From the NCBI RefSeq assembly GCF_016433145.1, contig NC_058134.1, positions 284,221,308 to 284,285,307 on the forward strand: a DNA stretch of 64,000 nt, written 5' to 3'. Position numbers and translations under genes: made by a program. The notes beneath the pieces were generated by a model that saw nothing but the letters and a program-made list of their open reading frames with translations, was not told the origin of the DNA and did no database searches. Positions 12,230 to 26,444 of the stretch are shown piece by piece. The DNA comes from Gracilinanus agilis. Lineage: Eukaryota. Position 1 is the stretch's first letter, and the number at the start of each line of letters is the position of its first letter.

Positions 12230-14295
12230 TCCTCTTTCTGGGTTTCTTTTTTTATTTGTATATTTCTTGTATTTTTCCATGTAGAAACAGTTTTTATAAC
12301 ATTGTTTTCTGACTTTTTTGCAAAACAAATCCTCTCCTTCCCTTTATCACCTCATCCCACTTCAGGCAGAAAAATCTGATATGGATTATTCCAGTGTTGT
12401 CATGCAATACAAATTTCCATATTCCTCATATCATGAAAGAAGACATATCACATATATAAGAAAAATATTCATGACAGAAATATGGTGAGAAATGGTTTGG
12501 TTCCATTTGTATTCATACTCTGACAGTTCCTTCCCTGACAGAGCATAACATTTTTCTCATGCATACCTTGGGGGTGTATTGGATCCTTGCATTGCTTATT
12601 ATGTTTAGTCCTTCATAGTTGATCATTTTACAATATTTCTGTTGCTGTGTATATTGTTCTCCTGATTCTGCTTATTTCACTTTACATTGGTTCACATACA
12701 TTTTCCAAAGTTTTTCTGAATTATTCTGTTTATAATTTCTCATGACCCAATAATATTCCACTGCTGCCATATTCCACAATTTTTTATTCAGCCACTCCTT
12801 AATTCAGTTTCCAATTTTTTTGTCTCCACAAAAACAACTGCTATAAATACTTTTATACGTAAGTATTTTTCCCCTATCTATGATCTCTTTGGGACATAGA
12901 CCTAGTGGTGGTATTGCTGGGTAAGAGGGTAAGCACACTTTTATGGCCCTTTGGATGTGGTTCCAGAATGTTTGTATCAATTGACAGCTCTACCAACAGG
13001 ATATTAGTATTCTAATTTTCCCATATCCCCTCTAATATTTATCATTTTCATTTTCTGTCAGATTAGTCACATTAGGTTTGTGGAGGTATCTCAAATGTTT
13101 TAATTTGCATTTCTCTAATCAGTAATAATTTTAAGTATGATTAGATATGATTTTGATTTCTTCATTTGCCTATACTTGTATGCTTTTGACTATCAATTGT
13201 AGAAAGTCATATATTCTTATTGATTAAAGTAATTTCTCCATATATTTGAGAAATGAGACAAAATTTCTTGCTACAAAAAATTTCCCCAGTTTGTTTTTTC
13301 CCTTCTCATTTTGATTTCATTAGTTTTGTGTTTGTACAAAACCTTTTAAATTTAATGTAATTAAAATTATCCAATTTACTTATAATGTTGAATATTTTTA
13401 TACATAGATCTGACAGTTAAACTATTCTGTGTCCCTCTAATTCATTTGTGATATGTCCCTTTATTTATAGATCATACATCCATTTTGATTTCATCTTTGA
13501 ATATGGTATCTGCCATACTACTTTCCAGTTTTCCTAGCAGTTTTTGTGAAATAGTTTTTCTCCTAAAAAGAATGAATCTTTGGGTTTACTGAATAATAGA
13601 TTACCACAGTCATTGATTACTGTGTGTTGATTACCTAATCTATTTAATTGAACCACTACTCTGTCTTATTAGCCACTACCCAATTGTTTTGATGATTACT
13701 GCTTTTTGGTACAGTTTGAGATTCAGTATGACTAGGTTTCCATCCTTCATATATTTTCTTGAAGCCTTTAATATCCTTGATATTTTGTTCTTCCAGATAA
13801 TTTTTGTTTTTACTTTTTCTGGCTCTATTAAATATTTTTGGGTAGTTTGATTGTCATGACAACAAATAGGTGAATTAATTTAGGCAGAATTACCATTTTT
13901 ATTGTTTTGGCTCAGCCTACTCATGAGCAATTAATGTTTTGTCTAGTTGTTTGGATCTGAATTTTTTTTTTTTTGCGTGTGAAAAGTGTGTTTTAACTGT
14001 GTTCACATAGTTGCTTAGTTTGTTTTGGTATTTTATGTTGTCTTTAGTTATTTTTGAGGGGTATTTCTCTTTCTATCTCTGGCTATTGAATTTTGTGGTA
14101 TATAGAAATGCTGATGGTTTATGCAAGCTTATTTTATGTCTTGCAACTCTGCTAAAGGTTTTAATTGTTTGATTAGTTTCTCAATTGATTCTCTGAAATT
14201 CTCTCAGTACACCCTCATATTATCTGCAAAGAGTGATTGTTTGGTTTCCTCACTGCCTGTTTTATTTTTAATTTCTTTTTCTTCTCTCTTTTCTA
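12230..14295 (-). mobile_element. Degraded L1 (3'UTR plus ORF2 3' part)
   Basis: T-rich antisense L1 motifs (TTTAATTTGCATTTCTCTAATCAGT, CCATGAGCAATTAATG). Confidence 0.8.
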
Positions 14296-14557
14296 ATTTA
14301 AATATTTATTAACATTCATTTTTAACATGGTTACCTGATTCATGCTCCTACTTTCCCCTTCACCCCCCGCACTCCCCCCACCCATGGCCAATGCACATTT
14401 CCACAGGTTTTGTCATGTGTCCTTGATCAAGACCTATTTCCAAATTGTAGGTAGTTGCATTGGTGTGGTAGTTTCGAGTCCACATCCTTAATCATGTCCA
14501 CCCCGACCCATGCCTTCAAGCAGTTGTTTTTCTTATGTGTTTCCTCTCCTGCAGTCC
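14296..14557 (-). mobile_element. Younger L1 3'UTR, truncated by the gap
   Basis: TTGATCAAGACCTATTTCCA and GCAGTTGTTTTTCTT match the L1 3'UTRs at 18295-18560 and 37560-37860 in reverse. Confidence 0.8.
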
Positions 14558-14957
14558 NNNNNNNNNNNNNNNNNNNNNNNNNNNNNNNNNNNNNNNNNNN
14601 NNNNNNNNNNNNNNNNNNNNNNNNNNNNNNNNNNNNNNNNNNNNNNNNNNNNNNNNNNNNNNNNNNNNNNNNNNNNNNNNNNNNNNNNNNNNNNNNNNNN
14701 NNNNNNNNNNNNNNNNNNNNNNNNNNNNNNNNNNNNNNNNNNNNNNNNNNNNNNNNNNNNNNNNNNNNNNNNNNNNNNNNNNNNNNNNNNNNNNNNNNNN
14801 NNNNNNNNNNNNNNNNNNNNNNNNNNNNNNNNNNNNNNNNNNNNNNNNNNNNNNNNNNNNNNNNNNNNNNNNNNNNNNNNNNNNNNNNNNNNNNNNNNNN
14901 NNNNNNNNNNNNNNNNNNNNNNNNNNNNNNNNNNNNNNNNNNNNNNNNNNNNNNNNN
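14558..14957. other. Assembly gap (400 N)
   Basis: Run of N. Confidence 1.
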
Positions 14958-15099
14958 TATATATGTGTGTGTGTGTGTTTATACACACACATATTTCTCT
15001 TAGAAACAAAATGTAATAGAATCTATGTAAATATTTCATATGCTTTGGAAGCATTATTCCCCTCATTTTGTAAATTTTGTAGTATTTTGGAATAAAAAT

Positions 15100-16800
15100 A
15101 CTTCTATTATCACCTCTAAGATTTTGCTATTATATAGAAATGCTGTTGATTTTTGAGGATTTATTTTGTAGCCCCCAACTATTTTGAAGATATTAACTGC
15201 CCCAGTTAGCACCTTTTATGATTCCCTGGAATTTTTCAAGTAAATCATATATCATTAGCAAGTAAGGATAGATTTTATCTTCTTTTGACTTTTATTTTAT
15301 ACCTTCAATTTCTTTCTTTTTTGTCATATTACTATTGCTAGCATTATACCAATTAATAGTGCAGAGAGAGGATCCTTGTTTTACTACTCATTTTACTTAT
15401 AAAGTTTCTAATGTATCTGAATGATACATGATGCTTGTTTTCAGTTTTAGATAGGTTTTAAATGATATTAAAAGATCTCTTTTTGCCCATATTTTATAGG
15501 GTTTTATGAAAATCAGTGTTATACTTTGTCAAAGGTTTTTCTTATACCTATTGAGATAATCATGTAGTTTTGGATTTAAAATTTTCATTATTGTTGATTG
15601 TTTTCCTGATGTTGAGCCATCTTTATATCCATAGTAAAAATTCAACTTGGCTATGATGAATACTTTTTGGATCAACCGCTGTTGATTATTCATTTTTATT
15701 TATATTCATCTTCAAATTTTATTTATTTTTAAATAAGCATTCATTATAATATTGGTCTATATATTCCTCATGCTTTGTTCTTCCTTAGTTTAGATATTTA
15801 GATTAGATTTAATCAAAAGACTTTGTCTAATCAATAGAAATTTTTATTTAGAAGGGAAATCCAAAATAGTGACCTGAGAAGCTTTAATTTTATTAAGAGT
15901 ACAGCTAATAAAGAATTAAATAAGAACAAGATCATTGAAGTAAAGAATAAATGTCTAGAATAGAGAAAATAAAAATGAAGGGAAAATATGCAATAGATTA
16001 TATGGTTAGAAGAGGATAACATATATTTCCCTCCATTTCCCCCTAATATTTTTCCCACCCCCCATGGGACTCCTTTCCACTCTTCCTTCCATCTGTAAAC
16101 ATGGAATTAAATTACTTCAAATGTTACAATTTAATATATTTTTGAAAATTTGTTCCCATTGGCTCTCTTTACCTGACCCATAACTCTCCCCTGCTCCTAC
16201 TTTTTCTTATCCCTTTTACTTTTAGTTTCCTGTTCTTTCTTGCTTTATCTGTTATTTTATTGCTCCCCTCTATTTTTTCTCTGAAAAAAATGTTCAAGTA
16301 AAATCTCCTAATCTCTTCTCCATGTCAATCCTATTTTTTCATTAGCTTTATAAATTTAATTTTCTGGTGCCTTTTCCCAAAAAGAATTTATTTCCCTTAT
16401 TCTTTTCATTATTAGTTTCCCCTCTTTTTCTCTTTTATACTCTAATATTCTGATCATGGCCCTCAGGTTTATTTAATTCTTCTTTGGTTTCTCTATTGCT
16501 CATGAATCTGAAGCTTCAAAGGAGTTCCTTCTCCTAAACAATTTATCTGTAAATGCTATGTAGATCTTACCTTTTTGCCTTTTTGTGTGTGTGTGTGTTA
16601 TACACACTCTTAGAAATACAAATTCCTGCAGATGACAAAGAAGATATTGACTCATGATGGGAATTTTCTTTATTTTTTCATAAATATTACTCCATATTGA
16701 TTTCTAGGTCTTCTTCTTGATCAAGTGTGTATTCATTTTCCTTTGTTTTGGAATACATATTCATATAGGTGAAGATGTTTTTAGCAGGTTTTGGAGGCCA
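15100..16800 (-). mobile_element. Old, heavily diverged L1 fragments
   Basis: TTGAGATAATCATGTAGTTTT and GATGTTGAGCCATC antisense ORF2 motifs. Confidence 0.6.
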
Positions 16801-17319
16801 CATTCCCTTCCGTTATTAATATCTTACCTGTTAGATGATACGATTATGCTCAAATTCTCTTATTAATATTTTTCCTCCTGAAATTTTTGGTAATTTAATT
16901 TGTTTAAAAAATTTCCTTATTTTTCACTTCTGGACTTATTCCATATTTAGTGTGGTTTCCCAGGGGACTAGACTTTACTATGATTTCAGCTTCCTCCCAT
17001 GTTGTGAATTTCAAAGTATCTATCCAAGTCATTATCCCAAATGACTTGTTGGGAAACAGAATCACTTTCAACTTTGTGTTATAGTGAAGATGGAAGAAAA
17101 TAGTGAAACCTCTAACTTGTCAGTCACATGACTTAGAAGTCCACTAAACCCTTTTAACGTTAGGGAATTATTGCTTTTCTATCCCCTACTCCAAAAAGGC
17201 ATTTAATTAAAGTCATTTTTACATTTTTCTCAAAAGTCAACGAGGTGATGTGGCAAAGTTGACCTTTAAGCCCAGAAGACAGGAGTTTAGGTTTTGGCCT
17301 ACCACTTTTTTTTCTTCTC

Positions 17320-18565
17320 TCAAGGTTTTATATATAAAACTAGAGGGGAAAAAAGGAGATAATATTAAGAAAAATGGGAAAACAGACAAAATGGAGTAAA
17401 TTTATATTCCATAAAGAAGCTCATGGGATGAACAGGGGAGAGGATCAATACACTGGAAGGGTAAAGAGGTTGGAGAAAGGAAATATTTAATACTTAAATG
17501 CATTGAAGTTAACTTAAAGAGGGAAGAATAATCATATCCACTGGGGCAGAGAATTCATTTGTGCCCTATAGAGAAGTAGAAGGGTAACAAAAGGACTGGT
17601 GGGGAGGGAAGCAACACTAGGGCTAGACAGGGTTGGGGGGGGGTAGCTTAAAAAAGACCCCAAAGAAGAATAAGAGGGGAATAAGAAGGGAGAGGGGAGA
17701 AAGGGAAGTACAGTAAGGGAGGGGATTAGGGAAACTGATTAAAAACAAAACACTGGTATAGAAGGAAATAGTGAAAGAAGAAAGGGCAGGACAAGGAAAG
17801 AGAATCAAAATGTCTCGGAATACACAGTTGATAATTATAACTGTGAACGAGAATGGGATGAACTCACCCATAAAACCGAAGCAAATAGCAGAGTGGAATA
17901 GAAACCAAAATCCTAACATATGTTTTCTACAAGAAACAGGCATGAGATAGGCAGACATACCTAGAGTAAAAATGAAAGGTTGGAGCAAAATCTTTTGGCT
18001 TCAATTGAGAAAAAGAAGACAGGAGTTGCAATCATGATTTTTGACAGAGCCAAAATAAAAATAGATCTGGTTAAAAGATATAGGGAAGGTAATTATATCC
18101 TGATAAAAGGCAGTATAAACAATGAAGAGATATCAGTACTCAACATGTATTCACCAAATGGAATAGCATGCAGATTTCTAAGGAGAAGCTAGCTGAGCTC
18201 AAGGATGAAATAGATAGCAAAACTATACTAGTGGGTGACCTCAACCTTCCCTTATCAGATCTAGATAAATCAAACCAAATAAATAAATAAATACAGGAGT
18301 GGAAACAGAAGAAAAACAACTGCTTGAACATATGGGTTGATGAGGACATGATTTGGGAAGTAAACTCTAAATGACCACCCTAGTACAACTATCAATAATA
18401 TGGAAATATGTCTTGATCAATGACACATGAAGAAACCAGTGGAAATGTGCATCGGCTATGGTGGGGGAGGGATTTTGGGGGAGAGAGTAAGAACATGAAT
18501 CATGTAACAATGGAAACATTTTTTTTCTAAAAAATAAAAAAATAAAATATTGGAAGAACAAAAAA
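17320..18565 (+). mobile_element. Internally deleted L1: inter-ORF region and ORF2 endonuclease start fused to 3'UTR and A-rich tail
   Basis: Decayed MSRNTQLIIITVNENGMNSPIK...NPNICFLQET...GDLN endonuclease sequence ending ~18290, then L1 3'UTR. Confidence 0.8.
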
Positions 18566-18649
18566 ATGTGGAGATCTATCATCTCCACATAATCTGATAA
18601 GGATGGCTTAGTTGATAAGGAATTAATGGGGCACGGGAGATGATCTTGA

Positions 18650-20190
18650 CTGTTAATTCATAGCTGCTTCTCTGAAGTGCCATTGAGTCACAAGTTTATT
18701 ATATATGAAAATTCAAACTCCCTTTTACCCAAAAGCACAAGGAAAGTTTCCCACAGCTGCGCAAAACTTCATTTTTAACATAAACATTAGAACAGGCTTA
18801 GAAGCTTCAAGGTGAAGATAAGAACCTGGCTGGACCTTCAGCTGTGTGGTTATCAGCAAGCTAAGTCTGAGAATACTTTTCTCTGGGGCAAAATCCCCTT
18901 GCTAAACTAAGGTTTCAGCCTTGGGTTGCCAAGTGGCTGCATTTCTGACCAAAGGGGAGGAATGTTAACCTCTTGACTACTGATTTGCTAAAACCTTAAA
19001 GCTTTTCAATAAGGAAAGGTGTGGATCACAAAAGGGGTCAAAAGAGGGGTCTCAGATTTTTATCTATTTGAGTTTCTCTTATTGGCTTCCTACAAAAAAA
19101 TAAATAAAATGACATTTAATTTGAGAAAAAAAACTCTCCTCTACTGTTCTGTTCTGGGAAGTTGTGTATAGAAATGTATAAGTTTTTTTGGTTTGGTTAT
19201 CATCATCCTGTGACAAAACTGGTACACCTCCTTACCATTATGTTAGGGTTAGGGCTGATTGAGTTAATCAATTGCCACAGACCACTTAAAGTAACTAAAA
19301 ATATGCTAGCCCTGTGTAACATGGAAAATGGCAGGGTGGAATTCCTGCTAGATACAAGGTCAAGCCTCACCCAGAATTCCGGGGGACCCCCCTGGAGAAC
19401 TCTGGGTGAAGGGACAGTTGGAAAGGAGTTAAACATGATTCCTGGGGGTTGAGGTGAGCAGGTCTCTCTGCTTGCTGGTCCCAGTTTGGGATTGCCTTTG
19501 TGGCCATAGTGGCAAAAGCCATTTTGGTTTCTACTCAGGAGTTTGCCTGTCTAGTGGAATTAGACCTTCATTGCAATAGCATTTTGTTACTCATTTAGTT
19601 ATTTAGATATTAGAAGTGATTATCATAAGCTTTGAGGGCCAGTTAGATATAAAGTCTGCCACTACTCCCTCCTGGGGGGAGGGGCAGCTTCTACCTAACA
19701 GTTTAGGGCTTCCCAGATCTTGTCCAAAATCCTTGAAACCCCTTCCCTGCCTTCCCTTCATCTTTATCATTAAAAACTTCATCTTTTAGTAGTTGTGCCT
19801 GACCATTACTTAGGGCATATTCACAGCTGTCTTAAAGCTTGTTCCTTTCAGTTGCCTGCCAAAGAAGTCAGATCTTCCTCAGTCCTGAACATCAAGATAT
19901 CAAGCTTCTCCTTTGTCCCTCAATCAAACTTGTGGGGAATATAAGTTGAGAAAGTGAACTTTATTAGAGATTTGCCTTTGCTGAGCCTTTCTTGAAGACA
20001 CTGCCCTGCCTCCATATTCAACTGAAAACCAACTGCTTGGGGGGAGGGGTTTGAGAGCAAGGAGTACCTAACCCCCTCCCTACTCACTCAAGCCTGTGTG
20101 TGGGGGAGGAGAGAGTTCTGCAGGCTCCTAGCTCAGGCCAGCCCCTCAGCTTCCCAACATCTCTTTTATTATAAACATAACACCTGTTAA
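18650..20190. mobile_element. Nested LTR/ERV-like fragments
   Basis: GC-richer island with TG...CA bounded segment ~19163-19825; family not resolved. Confidence 0.45.
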
Positions 20191-22476
20191 AGTATGCTAT
20201 CTCTGTCAAGTGAAAACACCGCTACTGACTCAATGAAAGTTATAAACTAGGAATAGTATTAAAACTGCATGTTATTCTAGTCACCACTCCTAGTCAGTAT
20301 AATAAATTTATAGATAGCCAGTATTAATGGGCAAAGGCAGCTAAAGGGCACAGCATATAGAGCACTGGACCCACAAAGATCTTAATTCAAATATTGACTC
20401 AAGTTCTTACTAGCTGCGACTATGGGCATAACTTTACCCTGTTTGCCTCAGTTTCTTTATCTGTAAAATGAACTGAAGAAGGAAATGGTAAACTACTTGA
20501 GAATTTTTGCCAAGATAATCCCATAGTTGGCCAGTTCTTTACAGAATAATGTGCAGTAGCCCAAGTTTGTGATTTAGATCAAGTTTTCAGGGGAAGGTGT
20601 GACAAGGGCTACAACATTTTAATAAAGTAGTTATGTCAGGATAATAATATGAAGAAAACAGTAATATTGGTATAATAGTTAATGATTATATTAAACAAGG
20701 AATGTATTATATAAGTAAGGAATGAGTATATTATATAAGAATCTCCCCTTTCTAAATTCATTTTCTTCATAACTTTCAATGGGATAGTCTTAGAATACAG
20801 ATCTATGTCACTGTCCTACTTGATTGAGGCTGATAATATTAGGAAACCAGCAAGAAACTTCAGAAGAAGAACTTTAAGAAATACCAGAATACCATAAACT
20901 CCAATAGGTCCATGGTGATGCAAATGATATGAACTTAATAATCCATCTGGGAAAGAACCAAGGATTCCTTGTCCATGTGTTGCCCAAGTGTGGCTTCCTT
21001 TGCAGAGGTTTGCCCATGTATTAAGTCCATCAGTGCATATGCATAGTTTAAGTTTTACAGATTTTCAATGAGTTGTGTCAAGAATTGGATGGAATGAAAA
21101 CTGAAAGACAGCATGTATTTGAAAGGTTTCTCAGTGCCTTTTTCACTGCTTCAAGGTGAAACAATAACACTCTTTGTAACTGATTATAATCCTGTTTGTG
21201 CTACATGGCTATAGAATTCCATGATGTATCAAAAATCAAACAAATGGGCAAAATAAAGGGTAATGGAGGAAGAAAGAGGAGAATAAAAAAGGCAGGAAGA
21301 TCCCCAATTCAGGGAACACTAAGCCATTTCTGGCCATGTATCAGAAGTCTGTGACTTAAAGTATTTTTCACTTTTGCCCTAGCATGGGACAGAGCAATGG
21401 AACAATTGCTACCTGGAGGGAACAGTTGTTTTGCAAGAAGCTATGTGTAGCTTCTGAGACCAAGGGCCAAATTTCTTTGAAAGAATGGAAATTCACACTG
21501 TTTTAGGGATGACTAACAAAGCTTCTGCTTTAGGAAAAAACCCAATGTGAGCACTGCAAATGCCAAGGAAGAACAAAACCTTGCCCCTAATGCTGCAGAG
21601 GAGAAATTCTGAGGTACTTTAATGAAACTAAACCCAACCAAACAGCAAATAGTTCAGATCCTGGGGAGTTGGAGGGGAGTGGCTGACCTCATTTTAAAAC
21701 TGGGCCATTCTGTTTTCACAATGAATACTTAATAAGTTCTGAAAGAGACCAAAATTCCAATCAACAAATGTCTATAAGTGATTGACAGAAACTACATTTT
21801 TATTATCTGTTTGATAATATGGTGAAATAGATTGAAGGCTACAGTATTGTTTATCAACGAATACCTACTATGTATAAAGTACTGTCCAAGATTCTGGAGA
21901 GCATAAAGAAAGAATGTCACCACAGAATACTTGCTCTCAAGAAGCTTACAATCTAGATGGACAGATAAGATATGAACATTAAACAATAGGATGAGCTAAC
22001 TATTAGATGCAGTCTGGTGTACAACAAGTTTAAGTCCTGCTTTTGACCCAAACGAGGTGTTTGATAATGGACAAATCTCATCACCTCTCAGCATGGTAGA
22101 CAACTCTCAAAGACAAAATTACAACTGAGTTGTCAGCCTGTATCTGTGGATGGAGTTCTTATGCTGAGAGTTCACTTTATTGGTAAAACTACACTATTCC
22201 CACCCCCCTCCTGCAAAGGATCTAAGAGATATGATTAGGCAGTGTTAAAAGAATTGTTCAGAGGTTCAGAAGATGGAGAGAACATCAATAAAATTATTCA
22301 TTGAACAGGAAAGAAAAGGTAAAGGATGTTCACCAACAAATACTTCTAGGCCAAGGACTGAGGAAATTAATGACCAGAAAACAGGTGGGACTGTCTTGTA
22401 GTATATCAAAAGATTATAGATGGACAGCCTGAATGTTGTACTGGTCCCCAAGAAATGTTAAAAAGGCATAGGAAAG

Positions 22477-22588
22477 CAGACACTTTCTAGCTGTGTGACC
22501 CTGGGCAAGTCACTTAACCCCCATTGCCTACCCCTTTCTACTCTTCTGCCTAGGATTCCAAGATGGAATGTAAGGGTTTAAGAAAAAA
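22477..22588 (+). mobile_element. 5'-truncated SINE1_Mdo-like SINE
   Basis: 3' half of SINE with 15-bp target-site duplication AAAAAGGCATAGGAA (22460-22474 / 22584-22598). Confidence 0.9.
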
Positions 22589-22833
22589 GGCATAGGAAGG
22601 GACTCTTAGTGCACTGGTACTTCATCCATGGATGAAAGTTTAAATTCCATCAGGATGAAAGCTTGTAGAGGAGTCTTATAATGCATTGGTGGAAAGGAAT
22701 GTTCCTTTGTAATTGAAATAAAGGTGTGGCAATATGGAAACAAACATGGAGGAGAAGAAAAAAAAGAAGGGACCAAATATGTCAGAATCTTTTGAGCTAT
22801 ATGTTGTCTGAGATTACCGTAACATCTGACCTG

Positions 22834-23096
22834 TCTCAGGGAACTCTCCATAGATTTTCCTGACTTAAGCATCAGTGCTATTCTTTAGGTGATATAGAGA
22901 GAAACAGGGAGATATCATGGACCTGTTATATGGTAGGACTCTCAGTGTCTAAACACTATGTTTAATGTTGTAATGGTATCTAGCTATCCCTGTAGACATA
23001 GGCCCCATAGCTATTCATTTAAATTTTTTATTTAATGCTGATTATGTTAGATTCATTAGTTATCTCACTCTTACTCCCCAAGGAATCTATTGTTTG
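22834..23096 (+). promoter_or_regulatory. Predicted OR-B promoter module
   Basis: TCTCAGGGA 22834-22842, AGATTCATTA 23049-23058, TCCCCAAGGA 23075-23084, TTGTTTG 23090-23096. Confidence 0.72.
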
Positions 23097-23728
23097 TTTT
23101 CTCACTTGATCCCCAAAAGCCTTTACCAGACTGAATGAATAAAAAATTAGGAGGAAAACCCCACATTCTTGCCCAGAATGGTTAGGCTTTTCCTTCAAAA
23201 ATTCAGAGACAAGTCTGTACATTCCTTTCCACTTCCAGTATCTGAACTTCCTTTCAGCTCTAGCACAAGATTTCTGACTTTTATTCAACAGTTAGTTGAG
23301 AGACAGAAGAGTGGCCAGCAGCACTAAATCTTTGGAGATGGGCATCAGCCACAAAGATGTTTGTGAGGTGTGAAGTTCTAGGCACCAGATTTAGGTTGTG
23401 CTCTAAAATGTCCATACAATTGACATCTTGAAGTAAACCAAGGAAGAATAGCTGAGATAAAACTTCTTCTTTATAGGAGTGGAAATTGAGTCTAAAGGTG
23501 GTCAACGAGCCAGAGATCATGATCAATAATGGGAATTTTAAGTCTAGGTGAGCTCCCTCAGAGCTCAAAACAAATTTACTAATAGTCTCAGCCCACAGGG
23601 TAACTATTCCATGACCTAGATAATAGCTTCATGATAGTCCTCCCAACTGCCTGCACTCATGTTCATCTTTGAGTCCTAACAGTGGTTTTGGGGTTATTCT
23701 GGCCACTGATGAACTCTATGAAGCACTC

Positions 23729-23745
23729 TCAGAAAAGTAAGTATG
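23729..23745 (+). promoter_or_regulatory. Predicted splice donor of a 5' non-coding exon of OR-B
   Basis: TCAGAAAA|GTAAGTATG, identical over 17 bp to the reverse complement at 45851-45867. Confidence 0.68.
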
Positions 23746-26397
23746 AAAATAATTTTCTCATCTTGTATCTGTGAAGATTCTGATTGCTTCCCAATTTCCT
23801 CCATACAAGAACATAGTGGTCAGACCAATCTACTTCAAATATCAAAACTTGTAAAATATAAGAACAAAAGGAAACAAAAAACTTATGAAATTACTTTAGA
23901 TATGTCAGGGAGAGAGCAAACAATTCGATATGTCACAGCTTTTAGAAAATGACAAGATGTTTGCATTTTACATTCCCAGAATAGTGGAGGTGGAAATAGC
24001 TTTAGTAAGTGGATTATGTGTGATCTTCTGTGATCTACAGAGTATTGGGAAAATGTCCTTTAGGAAAGATACCATATACCAATGGTGCTAGAATTCCACA
24101 ATTGAAGGCTAATTTCATTTGTTACAAATTGATTTTCTTAAATTGATGCCCCTGACCATTAAAAAAAGATTTTGTTAACTATTTTAATAAAGTAAGTGCC
24201 GATTCAATCTTATGTATTTTACATGTTTAAAAATATTAATCTGAGAGGGCATCCATAGCTTTCACCAGACTTCAAAAGGTGTCCACAACACAAAAACTTT
24301 AAGAATTCCTTCTTAGAGAAAAATTTCACAGCAGAATGAACAGATGATAAAGTTAGTGTTTGGAAAACAAAACACTCATATGACAATGCTATGGAGAGAG
24401 AGAGATAAAAAACATATAGGGATATAAAGTATTGAGTCATTTACTACTCAATATAAAAATTCCCACTGTATGTAACCATATCAGCTACTCAAACCTTATT
24501 GCTAATTCATTTATCAAAAGATTAAAAGGTTTAGAGATAGAAAGGTCCTTAGAAATCATCTTGAGATCATTCCATTGAAGAGACAAAGAAGCTGAGACTG
24601 AAAGATTATGTGACTTGCTTAAAATAACATTCTATTTTAAGGGGCAGTGACTGGTTTGAATGTTTCTAATGGAGATCTCTTCAGACATAGAAGATCTCAG
24701 AAAGCTGGTCTCTTCAGAATGAGGATCAGGTTCCAAAATTTTTTCAGAAGAAATTGGTTAAACATTCACATTCAGAATCTTCTTGATGTTTGGGACAGAA
24801 AGTGGGAAATTCTGGGACCCCTGTGACCAGAGGAGTTGGAAGCATGGACAGCAGAGAATGGTACATGGAAAGGGAACCATAAGGGCTTCAGAAACAGTCT
24901 GCGTCTTTTTCACAATATTTCTCATGGTCAGCCCTGCTTACCATCTGAAGTCAGATGTGCCTAACTCTTCCTTCAGGACATCCCCTAGTGAAAGATACTG
25001 GGGACAATAGGATATAGGGGAGAGCAGATGGTTGAGCAAAGTTCTGGTGTGGGAAGCAGAAGATGGAATATTAATCAGGATTGACTCACAATTAAAATTA
25101 CTATGACTCACTTTTAAAGTTCAGAAAGTACTTTCTTCCCTGCAGGGCTAGGCAATTTGTGTTGCAAGAATGAGAATCCTCTTTTTACACAAGAAGAAAG
25201 TAGGTTTTCAGACACCAAATTACTTCCTCATGGCCACAGAGCCTGTAAGTGTAAGAGTCAGAACATGAAACTGGATTTCCTGAAGCCCCAGGTTGTGCAG
25301 TGGAAAAAGTGCCAGCTGTTAAGTTAGGAAGAACTGAGTTCAAATCTAATTTTAGCTATTTATCAGCTGTGTGATCCTTAGTAAGCCACTTAATCTCTAT
25401 TTGCTTTAGTTTTCTCAATTGTAGAATGGGGAGAAAAATAGCACTTACCTTCCAGGGCTGTGAAATTCAAATGAGTCAACAGCATCTGGCACATAGTAAA
25501 GGCTTTGTAAATGCTAATTATTATTTTTTTCTTTCCATGCTTTTTAAAGAAATGATTACATGTGTTAACTAATTTCCACACAGATTTTCCTAAGGTACAT
25601 CATTTAACTTATCTCCATCCCTCCCTTTTCTTTCCCCTCCTAGTACTAGCAGGGGATATGATCTGGGCTCTACATGTATTATCTTGCAAAATATAATTCC
25701 ATATTGTTTATTTTTAAGTCAGTAATCTTATAAAACAAAAACCTCCAAACATAGACCCAAACAAAACAACTGAAAATTCATATGCTTTCATTTGCATTTT
25801 AACTCCAACTCTTATTTTTCTGGAGATGGATAGCATTCTTGTCATAAGTGCCTCAGAATTGTCCTGGATCATTGCTTTGTCTAAATCCATCATAGTTGAT
25901 CATTCCATAATATTGCAGTTACTGTGAACAATGTTTTCCTGATTCTGATTATTTCACTCTGGATCAGTCCAGAAGTTTTTTCCAGCTCTTTCTGAAATCA
26001 TCCTGTTCATCACTCCTTAGAGCACAACAGTATTCCATCATCATCTATATCACAATTTGTTCAGCCATTCTCTAATTGATTGACATCCCTTTAATTTCTA
26101 ATTGTTTGCCATCATAAAAGACCTCTAGCTATTATTATTATTATATCTATTTTAGCTATTCTTCTGACTCCATGTGCAGTGTTATAGACTGTGACTGAGG
26201 AAAGAAGTAAAGGAAGGACTTTGTGTGAAGAATGATGAGAGAAGATTTTGACAAGAGATTGTATTTGGAAGGGCAAAAAATATTAATTCTGAAGAAATCA
26301 TAAAGTATAAGTAGAGATGGTGGAAGAGTGGAAGTTACTTGTTTCCTTTTTCCTCCCACTTATCACTTATTCTCATTATCTCCTCAGATATAGATTC

Positions 26398-26419
26398 TTC
26401 CTTTTCCTTTCATTTGCAG
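26398..26419 (+). promoter_or_regulatory. 3' splice acceptor of 5'UTR intron of OR-B
   Basis: TTCCTTTTCCTTTCATTTGCAG|A, 25 nt before ATG. Confidence 0.8.
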
Positions 26420-26444
26420 ATCCATCAGAATTCATTAATCAGGA

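Noticed and set aside
14455-15095. Five long ORFs of 158-186 aa
   Set aside because: Artefacts of translating through the 400-N gap
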